Below are positions 35,738-47,172 of a stretch of 64,000 nt of DNA, piece by piece. The stretch spans positions 1 to 64,000 of the forward strand of contig QPGO01000146.1 in NCBI GenBank assembly GCA_008632985.1, in the 5' to 3' direction. Under the pieces are notes generated by a model that saw only the letters and a list, made by a program, of their open reading frames with translations, was not told the DNA's origin and searched no databases. This DNA comes from Psammoneis japonica (Eukaryota). The position numbers were made by a program, and so were the translations under genes. The first letter of the stretch is position 1. The number at the start of each line of letters is the position of its first letter.

Positions 35738-36775
35738 ATGATGATGACTACTGCAATGAGCTCTGTTTGTATGAACGACAACAAGCACTACGAACATGTG
35801 CATGAAACTGTGAAGGCCATGAAACGACAAGAAGCAGAGTATCGACCATGTTGCGATTACCTCAAGGACAGCACTGCCGCAGATGAGTGCTCGAGGCAAC
35901 AAATTTGCGAGTGGATGTTTGTCGTGGTGGATCACTACGAGATATCGCGGGACGTGGCTGGCACTGGAATTTACTTGTTGGATTTGTATGCCTCCAAGAG
36001 CAGCAGCGCAATTCGCACGCCGGTGGAATATCAACTCGCTGCCATGGCTTGCCTGTTTCTGGCCTTCAAGGTTCATGGGCATGCGCATGAACGCGATGGC
36101 GTTGCTCTCAAGACGTTGGTGAAACTGAGTCGAGGGTTGTTTACAGTCGATCAGGTGGAAATGCAAGAGCTCCAAGTTCTCCTTACACTCTCCTGGAAAC
36201 TCCATCCACCGACACCCACGTGCTACTTGTCTCTGTATCTTCAGCTCTTGCCGTCCTCCATTTCGAGTTTGACGCGCTACAAGATTGCCGAAGTGGCTCG
36301 CTTCTTGTTGGAAATGTCACTCTGTGTCTACTCGGTGACATCAACGTGTCCTCCCAGTGTCATTGCGTATGCAGCACTCTTGATTGCCATGGATGATGTA
36401 AAGTACATTTCCATTGCACAAAGCCAAACCTTTTTTCAACGAATGTCCAGGTATGTGCATAGCATTGTGCTCTTGTCTCCTTGATGGTGTGATCTTTGTC
36501 ACGGTTCATCTTACACATTCCTTTTGTTTCTCTCTGTCATTCTACAGTGTCGCCGAGATTCATCACACGTCGACTCGGTTGCCAATGTTGCCTATTCTCT
36601 CCAACAACTCTTGTTGGAGCAAGATACAGACGTCAAGACTCTTTTGGAAAGTTTGGATCAAAAGTTTGATTCTCACCATCGTCGCCAAGATCGGCTTGCG
36701 GAAAAGGAGTTTTGCCGTCACGAAAACTCGTCGTCACCAAGAGACGTGATTGGAACCGAGTTTGTCAAGGATTAA
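35738..36775 (+). CDS. Cyclin (diatom-specific cyclin type); intron 36451-36547
   Basis: RQQICEWMFVVVDHY..YLLDLY..YQLAAMACLFLAFKVH..ELQVLLTLSWKLHPPTP; GTATGT..CTACAG intron; possible 1-bp frameshift early in exon 2. Confidence 0.88.
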
Positions 36776-37227
36776 TCAGACGAATCATCCACTCAAGTCG
36801 AAAAAAGCCGCGACGGGAGCTGCTTTGTATCCACGCACACGACGTTTTACATGATGTTTATAAGCACAGTTTGATAATATGCAATGCATTCGTTAACAGA
36901 ATTAGCACTAATTGATTGATTTGATAAAGCCCACACGGTGCTTTCATAGTCGACTGTTGATGCTTCGAATCATGGCCAATTGTCGAATCGTTTTGCTTGC
37001 GTTCGATTGAAGGAAGATGTGAGATCTCTAGCTACTAGTCTAGTTTGGATAGCTAGGTTGGATAAAGATCCGAATTGCACCGGCTACTCCTCGGCCTCTG
37101 GTACTATAATCGTCGCTGTTACAAAAGTTGTACTAGTACATAGGAATAGAGAAACAAAACCGAAGCATGCTTATGCTATTCTCTCTAGAGAGTTAGTTTT
37201 GAAATCTCTATATAGTTATATTGCAAA

Positions 37228-37752
37228 TTAATGAGACTTTGGTTTATCGACTAGACTCGGCCGCCGCATCCATCCAAAGAGAAGACTTGGGATTCCCTTG
37301 ATCATTGTGATGCAAACGCAGTAGAGAAATGAGCCCAAGTCGCTGTAAAGTGTCACGAGTCCCATTTCCCCACCCTTGAGTCCACTGTCGTAGTGGATGT
37401 TGTGCGTAACGCGGTCCTCTAGCTTTAGCAGTTTGGCAGACGGAAAGGTCCAAAACGACAAGATTCGTGTTCCTCGTTCACCAATGTGATCATTGCACTT
37501 GGAGCATTTGCCTCGCTTGGATCCTACCAAGCCCGTCATGGCTGTGGTACTGTCATACTCGACGGGACCCGCAATGGCAACCTGCCAAGCCCAAAACATG
37601 CATGACGAATTGTAACTTGTTTTGCAATAGCCGCGGCAGTGGGAACAGTGGCAATTGAAGAGAAAGAACGGATCTCGGCTGGTTTCGATAGAAACTGAGC
37701 CACAAGCACAAAAGTCGTGATGAACACTTCTTTTTTGAGATTTTTTCGTCAT
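37228..37752 (-). CDS. GFA/CENP-V (Mss4-like) zinc-binding protein
   Basis: CACG...CHCSHCR...CSKC motif pattern in a 174-aa ORF. Confidence 0.8.
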   Translation of the reverse strand: MTKKSQKRSVHHDFCACGSVSIETSRDPFFLFNCHCSHCRGYCKTSYNSSCMFWAWQVAIAGPVEYDSTTAMTGLVGSKRGKCSKCNDHIGERGTRILSFWTFPSAKLLKLEDRVTHNIHYDSGLKGGEMGLVTLYSDLGSFLYCVCITMIKGIPSLLFGWMRRPSLVDKPKSH

Positions 37753-38527
37753 CTGAATGCAGATGGGTCAACAAAGTTCTCTCAAGAGCTTGCGCATTTG
37801 CCGTTTCCGTTTACGCTCAAAGCTCTGCGTGCCGGAGGGAAGATTTATTGGGAAACCTCGGGAAGAACGGAAAATTTTGGCGGGAAATCCGAGACTCGTA
37901 GATGTTGGTACAGATTCTACGCAACGGTTACCAAGAATGCAGTGACGTAAGTACATGGTCGTCTCTTTCCGAGAAATCGTGCAACAGGAATGTCAAAATG
38001 AAAGCCCAGCCAGCTTCAAAGCACTGCATTTGTTGATAGAAATACCTCTTCACCACTGACCCAGCTAGAGTGCATGCTTCCCAACATTCTGCGAAGCTGA
38101 ATAGGATGTGGTTGACATTGGATCATCAGAGACAGCTCACACTTTCCTTGGAAAAACCAGGGGCGACACAGCCAGTCCATTGCAGTGTCCTTTTTCTGAC
38201 CAACTCCAGAACCAGCCACAACCAACAATGTTTTGCATCTCAACTGTCAATGAAGGAGATGGGGTTTCCGGCTTTAAAGTGTCTCTTTGGTCACCAGCAC
38301 CACAACTGTCTTGTCGCTAAATTGAAAATGTGGGCCAAGACTGCGTTGATGCTGAGTCACGATTGGTGTCACGACCCACGACTCATCCGGAACAGAAACG
38401 CGGATGAACATTGCCGCTGTCATCATTTGTGCTCTTCCTTGACCTTGCATTTACAGTTCAATGCACTCCCAAATGAGGTTTCCTTCATTCGACAGCGTGA
38501 AACAGGTGGTCCACGGCATTGCGCAAC

Positions 38528-39579
38528 ATGTCCGAAAACAAGAAGGGGCATCTTCCGCTCAAGGCAGCGACAGCACAGGTTGTCTCTGAAGCAAATGGCG
38601 CTGTCGTCGAGGACGTGGAAGAAGTCGCGGCAGTGGGTGTGGTTCAAATTGTTGCTCCGGCTGATCTGCCTGAAGGCTTTTGCTTTGAAGCTGAGGTGGA
38701 AGGGGCGCCCATCTACATCACTGTGGTGCGCACGGCGCACGAGTTTTGTTTTGTTTCACATGTCGTTGTCGCTTGTACGAGCAGTTGGACTGATGTGACT
38801 TTCACTTTTGTGCATGGCCAAAAGGTGGCATCGAGAAAGGAAAAAGATTTTTGGTGGCGCCTGCTGAAACAACCTTGAGCCATGAGAGAACCAACACCCC
38901 AGTTGGAAGGTGGAAGGATGATCTCTGTGACTGCTGTGTGCATGGCTGTTGCCACGCTCAGATGTGCCTTACAATCTGGTGCCCCTTGTGTGAGTTCTTC
39001 ATGCTGTCATAGAAGCAACTGTCGCCCTGAACAAAAGGAGGGGCTCACAATGGTGCGTTTTCATGCCGCTGCAGGCGCGATTGCACAAGTGATGCAAAGG
39101 CCAAACCTGAGCTGGTGTGGAGATCATGTGCGAGGGTCCGCAGGCACGAATGCCCACAGAGTCATGTTCCATGTTGCAGCTGCATGCATTGTAGCTCATG
39201 TCATGCTGCCTGTCATGATGATGGCCAGTCTCCAGCTGGCATGTCATGACAGTGGATGCCACAGGCATTCCAATTCGCGCGGGACTCAGACGGATTGTCA
39301 AGCCAGCGTCAATGGTCTGGATCAGCTTGGTGTGACACTTCACTCTTGTTCAGGCCTGCACCTCCTTGTGATTGCATCCAGGACACGGCATTGCTTTGCC
39401 AAAAATGCTCCATTCTAGCCTCCGGTTGTTGCGCGGATTGTGAAGATGCATGCTGCATCTTTTGGTGCGGGACGTGTGGCATCTGTCAAATGGCTCGTCA
39501 CACTGCGGACTACGATGTGCACCCCGCTGTGTGCTGCGAGCCAATGGGGATTCATCCCGATGCTCCGATCATTGTCTGA
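38528..39579 (+). pseudogene. PLAC8-family gene copy 1, intron-containing, TpA-hypermutated
   Basis: VAPADLPEGFCFEAEV, GRWKDDLCDCC..GCCH...IWCP, IAQVMQR, CEDACCIFWCGTCGICQMARHTADY. Confidence 0.8.
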
Positions 39580-39685
39580 GTAACAAGTTTTGTTTCAATT
39601 TCATGCCTCCCTTTGTTCTTAAAGTGTCGACCCTCGTGCATGTCATTTTAAGAGCTGCCTGGTCATGCTTCCATTTGTTGATCGC

Positions 39686-39961
39686 TGACAGGATTTGAAC
39701 AGGATTTGGGTGCGCGCGAAATGTCGCATGCTGTTTGGTTTGCCACGCACAGTTTTGTGTGCTTCAGTTCCGCGTGTTCGCGTGCAATGCAGTTTGCTTT
39801 CGAGCCACAAGGCTCACAAGAATGACAACAGCAGCCCGATCATGCCGACTCACACGTCTTTCGGCTCCTGCAATGGTCTCTGAGCGGAGACACATCTGCC
39901 ATTTAGACAGCAGCAAGGAGTCATTGTTTGAATTCTTGCCATTTGCCTTCAATTTCTGTCA
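39686..39961 (+). repeat. 5' LTR (276 bp)
   Basis: TGACAG...CTGTCA; direct repeat of 46483-46757. Confidence 0.95.
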
Positions 39962-40862
39962 GATCAACAGTCCTCGTCGTTGATTTACCGACGACGCTGC
40001 TTCAATTCTGCGTGGACCTCCATGTGCATTCTACATGCATCGGCAAGTCTGCGCACGTTCAATGCCAGGCATCGGCAGGAATTTAACGTCACCGTCAAGT
40101 CTCCTTGCCGCTGGACATCTGGATTGATTGCACCACCTTTGATCGCTGAAGACATGCATCAACGGTCACATCCAAGTCCATCCTTGACCCTCATCCCTTG
40201 ACATGCCCATTCATCGGTTAACGGTCAAGAACCCCACATGTTCAAGGATCTTCATCGCTGAAGACACACATGCACACACATCTTCATGGCCAAGAACTTT
40301 TGCCCACTCTTCGGACTGCAGTTTTGCTGCCACTCTACAAGCACACCGAGTCCATTGTGCCTGATCTACCCCGGACTGCTGGTGCTCCACAGTTCCACCA
40401 GGTCCACGAGGACGACTGTGAGAGCAAGCAGCCGTGGTTGCAGCCTGCGTTGGGGCGAGGGTGTTTTCCCGCGTTTGTTCGTTCGTCCACAGCGCCTGAC
40501 GCCCACGTCAACTGGCCAGCCTGATCGGGAAATCCAACCGACATAAAATGAGAACGGTTCGGGGGTCTTGTCCACCTCTGGTCAGCTCACCTGCAGGGGT
40601 TTACAACCCGCTGCTCCGCTCGCAAGCAACCCAAAGCACCGCTGGCTGTGGGTTCGGACGTGCCGGCACAACTCTGCGGACCGGACAGGAAGTTCAGCAC
40701 TTGACAACGAACGGGATGGCACAGCCCGGCGACTTCTGATTTTAAGGCAGTTCAAGATTTCAAGTCAAGTCCATTTCAAGTCAAGTCTGTTCTCACCCAA
40801 GTTTCAAGTCCACCTTCGCTTCCCAACAAGAATTGCTTGTCCGGACACCACTTTTGTCTGCC

Positions 40863-43800
40863 ATGGTTCTCACTCGTCAGCAACAAACCGATGGTTTCGA
40901 GCACGTTGTTGGAACCGTGCTTGCCCAAGGTGCTGGGAGCCCTCTTCATTTGGCTTTGGCCCAAGACGGCACGGACTCGCATCAAGAACTGTTCACGTTC
41001 ATGCCGCCCCAAATCGACTCGCTTGAGCACGACAACGGCACCAATGTGATCCCTTTGCCCCGCGGTTGTAAGAACATGTTAGCAGCTCTAGTCAGTCTGT
41101 GCATTGTCAAAGCACACGAAGGTCTTGACGTTGCCAATGACTCCTCGTTGTTCGCGCATGACGAGTTCCTTGCCTGCCGCCTCAGCCCCGACTGCATGTC
41201 TTCTGTGTCCGTCGGCAGCTCACCCCTCGCACCTCCGCATGTCACCAACCCGACCAAGGCATGCGACCCGGTACGAGACTTCAAGCGAGGCATCAAGCGT
41301 GACCCCACCGCTTTCACGGCTCTCAAATCCGACAAGCAGTGGCACACTTGGCACACCTCACTTGTGGCACAAGCCCGTGCCCAAGATGTCGAGTGCGTTC
41401 TAGACTCGTCGTACAAACCGACCAGCCCCGAAGACAAACTGCTCTTTGCTGAACAGCAAAAGTGCATGTTCGCCGTCTTCAAACGCGTCCTTCTCACCGA
41501 CAAGGGCAAGGCTCTCATTCACGAAAATGTGGGGTCTTCTGACGCCCAGACCGTCTGCCGCGCCTTGTCTGAGTGTGCGCTCGCCTCCACCCATGCATCT
41601 GTCGAGTCCTCCACCTTGCTCACGCACCTTGCCACCGCACGTCTTGGTGACGGCACTTGGAAAGGTCCAACCCACGGGTTCATCCTTCATTGGCAAGATC
41701 AGTTGCACAAGTGCGAGGCACTCATCCCGGCCAGTGACCACTTCTCTGAAGGACAGAAGCACGTCATGCTCGAGAATGCCGCACACCCTGTCGAGGAACT
41801 CCGTGCTGTCAAGAACCAAGCTGATCAGCATCGCACGCAGAGTGGCAAGAGCCTCACATGCGATCAATGCTGTGGCTTGCTCCTCTCCGCGGCGGCTCAA
41901 TGCGACAGTGCGTTTCAACCCAAGATGACACCTCGAGCTCCCCGACGTGCCATACATGCACACGACGTCTGCTCCGAGGAACCGTCCGACGATGTGTTCT
42001 ATGACATTGACAGCGACATTGACGTCCTTCAGGCCAATGCTGCCCACACCCGTGGTCCCAGCCTCACCGGTGACCAATGGAAACGTCTCCCTCCCGACCA
42101 CCAACGGATTTGGGATTCGTCGCCCCATTCCTCCAAGGCGATCATCCTTGAGCATTCTCGTCCGCCTCCCTGCAACCCGCGAGCCAGCAACTGCCATGAG
42201 TCCATTGCGGCCAACCTTCACGACCAACGCCTTGGGAGTGACGGTGATGTCAACTTGTCCAACACGACTCCTGCTGACTCTGGTGACCCCGCTCCAAATG
42301 TGGGTGCCACTTCGGACAATCCCATCCTGGCACACCTCACCAAGCGCAAGCCACTGCCACCCGGTGATCTGCAACGTCTGTTGTCTCCTAACCAAGCCCC
42401 CCAACGCCAGTCGACCGGGGCCATCCGCCGCTCCCTCTGCCCCGCCAGCTCCTGCCGATGACACAGAACTTAACGGCGGCACTTGCCGCCGCGTTGACAA
42501 CCACAATGTCATTTGCTCTGCCTCTGCTCATCGCTCCACACGCACTGGTGCTCCAGTTGATCATGGGGCCAACGGCGGCATTGCTGGCGACGACGTTCGT
42601 GTCATTGCACGCACCTCTTGCCAAGTCGACGTTCAGGGCATTGACGACCATCAATTGGTGGACATCCCCATTGTCACCGCTGGTGCCGTCATTGAGACCC
42701 AGCGTGGTCCCGTCATCGCCATCCTCCACCAGCATGCATGCACGGGCAAGGGCAAGACCATTCACTCCTGCGGCCAGCTCGAATGGCACAAACAGGATGT
42801 CAACGATCGCTCTGTCAAGGTGCCCAATGGCTTGCAACGCACTGCCACTCCTGATGGCTGTGTCACCCCCATTGACATCAAGGGCAGCCTGCCTTGTGTT
42901 GCCATGCGACCTTGCACTGATGCCAAATGGGACACCCTGCCCCATGTCATCCTCACCGGTGATGACACATGGGATCCTTCCGTCCTCGATCACTCTGTCA
43001 CTGACGACGACCAGTGGCACGACGCGATCTCTGACCTGCAGGACGATCCCACTGCCAACCTGTTTGACGAATGCGGCAACTGCCGTCATCGTGTCGTCGT
43101 CAACGAGACCATCATGTCCGCTTCCTTGTCTGCCGATCACACGTCCGCCCTTGATGATCACCTCATTCCGAACAACGACGTGTTCTGCGAGTGTCATCTG
43201 CATGCGATTGACCCCAAGGATGACGACGTTCCGCCCCCGGAGCGCACTGTGCAGCCCAAGGACCCCCCCTTCGAGTCTCTTCGGCCTTGCTTTGGCTTCC
43301 CACCTGCCGATGCGGTCCGTCGCACTTTTGACTGCACCACGCAGTGCGTCCGCATGCCCGCCGGTGCACACCTTAGGAAGGCCCACAAATCACCCAACCC
43401 CGCCCTTAATGTGCACCGCCGCAACGAGCCCATCGCCACTGACACCATTTGTGCCGACACCCCGGCCGTCGACTCTGGTTGCACCAGCGCCCAACTGTTT
43501 GTTGGCACCGAGTCTACCGTCACTGACGTCTGCGGCACCAAGACGGACAAAGAGTTTGTCAACACACTCGAGGATCAGATCCGTGAGTGTGGTGCCCCAT
43601 CCAAACTCATTAGCGACCGTGCTCAAGTTGAGATCAGCAACAAGGTGCTCGGGATTCTACGAGCCCTCTTCATCTCCAGCTGGCAAAGTGAGCCTCACCA
43701 GCAACACCAAAACTTTGCCGAGCGTCAACACCAGACCGTGAAGAGCATGGCGAACACTGTCATGGATCGTTTTGGTTCGCCTGCCCACACATGGCTGCTG

Positions 43801-46535
43801 GCGCTCATGTGCGTGTGCTTCATGCTCAACCACACAGCGTCCCCACATCTCCACTGGTGCACGCCCCTTGAGACTCTCACTGGCTCCACCCCGGACATCA
43901 GCCCATTGCTTCGCTTTCACTGGTGGGAACCCGTGCACTTCCACCTCGATGACTCCGATTGGCCGTCCGAATCCCATGAGTTGCGTGGACGCTTTGTTGG
44001 CATTGCTGAGCACGTCGGCCACCAGATGACCTTCAAGATTCTCCCTGACGAAACTCAGAAGATCCTCTGCTGGTCCAACGTACGTTCCGCTGCCACCGAT
44101 CCTGCCGTTCGAAACCTGCGTCTTGATCCTCCTGATGGGGAGCCACCTGAACCCATCATCAAATCTCGCCATGACGACAACCCCGTCGATTCTCCTGATG
44201 GGGAGATCAGGACACCCAAGATGCCAGTTTTCGATCCGCAAGACATCATCGGACGCACCTTCCTCATGCAGCCACAAGAGGATGGACAACGCCACAGAGC
44301 TCGCATCGTCAAGGCCGTCGAAGACCACGAATGGAAAGTGAACGGCAATCCCGAGCTCACTAAGTTCATCTGCTCTGTCAACAACGACGAACACACGAGG
44401 AAGTCCTTGCCTGCAATGACATCATGAATCACATTGAGCAAGAAGACGAAGACACTGCTGTTTGGAAATTTCGATGCATCGTGTCACACGAAGGACCTCT
44501 GAAGCCTCATGACCCAACCTGGAAAGGCTCAAGCTACAACGTCATGCTTGAATGGGAAAGTGGGGAGATCACGTCCGAGCCTCTTGCCATCATCGCCAAG
44601 GATGACCCCGTCACCTGCGCCATCTGTGCACGAGAGAATGGACTTCTCGACACTGATGGCTGGAAGCGGTTCCGCACCATCGCGAGGCGCCAGAAGAAGC
44701 TATTTCGCATGGCCAACCAAGCCAAGCTTCGCTCCTTCCACACTGCACCTCGCTGCAAGTGTGGGTGCGAAGTTCCCCGGAACTGCAAACACGCCATGTC
44801 ACTGGACGAACGCAATGGCAACCGCAAATGGGGAGACGCAACTAATCTCGAGATGGACCAACTCGGTGAATGCGAAGTCTTCCATGACTGCGGGCCCTTC
44901 GAGTCTTCCACTCCTCCTGCGGGACACAAGAAGATCCGAGTGCACCTGGTGTGTGACGTGAAACACGATGGTCGCCACAAGGCACAACTCGTAGCCGATG
45001 GGCACCTCACGGACACACCCATCGACAGTGTCCACTCCGGAGCAGTCTCCCTCCGTGGCCTTCGGCTGATGATTTTCCTGGCCGAACTCAACGAGTTGGA
45101 GACATGGGCCACCGACATTGGAAATGCCCACCTTGAAGCCACCACCAAGGAGAAGCTCTACATTGTAGCTGGACCCAAATTTGGCAAACTCGAAGGACAC
45201 ATCCTTGTCATCCACAAGGCCCTGCATGGACTGCACAGCTCCGGTCTCCGCTGGCACGAGCGCTTCGCCGACTGCCTGCGAGCTGAAGGCTTCTTCCCCT
45301 GCCGCGCCGAACCCGACATTTGGATGCGCAGGAACGGCAACCACTGTGAATGCATTGCCGTTTGTGTGGATGACCTCGCCATTGCCATGAAGGACCCTCA
45401 ATCTTTCGTCGATGCTCTCACGGAAAAGTGCAAGTTCAAGCTCAAGGGTGCGGGACCCATTGAGTTCCATCTGGGTTGCGACTTTTCCCGGGATCCCGAC
45501 GGCACCTTGTGCCTGTCTCCGTGCAAGTGCATCGAGCGCATGGTCAACAGCTGCACCCGACTGTTTGGGGAGAAACCCATCACCAATGCCCTGTCACCTC
45601 TGGAGAAGGGTGACCACCCCAAACTGGACACTTCCGAACTGCTGGAGCCCGATGGCATTCACAAGTTCCAGTCTCTTGTTGGTTTGCTCCAATGGGCAGC
45701 GTCCCTTGGTCGAATTGACATTGCCACGGCCGTCATGTCACTCTCTAGCTTCCGAGCTGCGCCCCGTCAAGGCCACTTGGATCGTGCCAAACGCGTCTGT
45801 GGGTGCCTCTCCAAGATGCAACACGGCGCTCTCCGCGTTCGCACGGAAGAGCCCGACTGTTCGGATCTCCCTGCTCCGGCCTGTGAATGGATGCATTCCG
45901 TGTACGGCGAAGCAGAAGAGATGATCCCGAAGGACGCTCCACCGCCCCTTGGCAAGTTCGTCACCACCACCCACTGTGTCGATGCAAACTTGCACCATTG
46001 CATGCTCACCAGACGCTCTGTCATGGGGATGCTCCACTTCCTCAACAAATTCCCGGCTGATTGGTTCTCTAAGAAGCAAGCCACCGAGGAGACTGCAACC
46101 TGCGGGTCTGAATTTGTTGCTGCAAGGACTTGTGTCGAGCAGATTGTCGACCTGCGCATCACCCTGCGCCACCTTGGCATCCCGATCCGTAACGTCAGTT
46201 ACATGTTCGGTGACAACAAGTCGGTTGTAGACAGTGCCACCATCCCGCACTCCAAGTTACACAAGCAACACACCGCACTGTCGTTCCACCGTGTGCGTGA
46301 GGCAATTGCCTCTGGCTGCCTTGAGTTCCACTTCATCGAAGGCTCCCGCAACCCTGCTGACATTCTCAGCAAGCATTGGGGTTGCTCCCAAATCTGGGAC
46401 CTTCTCCATCCCCTCATGTTCTGGAACTTCATTCCATCCGAAGTCGAATCTGTTTCTGTGGCTCCTCAAGCAAACTGGGGAGTGACAGGATTTGAACAGG
46501 ATTTGGGTGCGCGCGAAATGTCGCACGCTGTTTAG
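40863..46535 (+). pseudogene. Copia gag-pol, hypermutated, frameshifts at ~42400 and ~44395
   Basis: gag DFKRGIKRD; protease VDHGANGG; integrase IATDT..LISDRAQVE..QNFAER; RT DIGNAHL, KALHGL, CVDDL; RNase H CVDANL, FGDNKSVV, NPADILSK. Confidence 0.95.
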
Positions 46536-46757
46536 TTCACCACGCACAGTTTTGTGTGCTTTAGTTCCACACGTTCGCGCACAATGTAGTTTGCTTTCGA
46601 GCCACAAGGCTCACAAGAATGACAACAGCAGCCCGATTGTGCCGACTTGCACGTCTTTCGGCTCCTGTGACGGTCTCTGAGCGGAGACTCATCTGCTGTT
46701 TAGACAGCAGCAAGGAGTCATTGTTGAGTTCTTGCCATTTGCCTTCAATTTCTGTCA
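46483..46757 (+). repeat. 3' LTR (275 bp)
   Basis: Direct repeat of the 5' LTR, preceded by the PPT and followed by the TSD. Confidence 0.95.
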
Positions 46758-46972
46758 ATCGCCATTGTCATTCAGCACATTCTCAATTTTTCTAAATGAA
46801 ACGATGCATTGTGACCACATGTGGCACCAACGTCAACCTGTTTTTGAGTTGAGCACTGCTTGTGCGTGGGAATGTTCTTTGGCAGTTTTTCGCATGTTGG
46901 CCAAAAAGGTCTCTTTCTTTGCCATTGAAACTCGGAAAAATGCAAAGCAAAATGGCAAGAAGTGCCACAGCA

Positions 46973-47172
46973 AATGAAGAAAGCTGCAATTTGATGATGC
47001 AACGGCTCTGCACCACAGTTTTAAAACAGTCAAGGGAATTTAAGGTGCAAGAATTGATGTGCCGCAGCAAATGAAGAAGGTGGCACATGAAGAAAGCTGC
47101 AATTTGATGATGCAATGGCTCTGCACCACAGTTTTAAAATGGTCAAGGGAATTTAAGGTGCAAGAATTGATG
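46973..47172. repeat. ~87-bp direct repeat pair
   Basis: 46973-47059 resembles 47086-47172; differences are CG/TG and CA/TG. Confidence 0.85.

Larger units (their letters stand above)
39686..46757 (+). mobile_element. Full-length Ty1/Copia (CoDi-like) LTR retrotransposon
   Basis: LTRs with TG..CA ends at 39686-39961 and 46483-46757; 5-bp TSD ATCGC at 39681-39685 and 46758-46762; PPT GGGGAG at 46477-46482; gag-PR-IN-RT-RH order. Confidence 0.97.

Noticed and set aside
30440..36580. Programmed frameshifting or pseudogenisation of the sulfotransferases and the cyclin
   Set aside because: The breaks look like isolated single-base deletions, mostly in short homopolymers, in otherwise conserved frames. 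Long-read consensus error is more likely, though it needs short-read confirmation.
44424..46535. ADAR-type RNA editing or RT error on the retroelement transcript
   Set aside because: Both A>G and T>C occur on the same strand, the LTRs differ from each other, and DNA transposons and introns are affected too.
40863..46535. Alternative genetic code reassigning Cys/His codons to Tyr
   Set aside because: Neighbouring host genes use TAY for conserved Tyr and TGY for conserved Cys, and non-coding LTRs and TIRs show the same change.
39686..46757. Classical RIP or ordinary CpG-methylation decay as the cause of the composition
   Set aside because: RIP creates TpA and stop codons, whereas here TpA is lost. 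CpG decay cannot turn TAC into TGC or CAC, and CpG is still abundant in this element.
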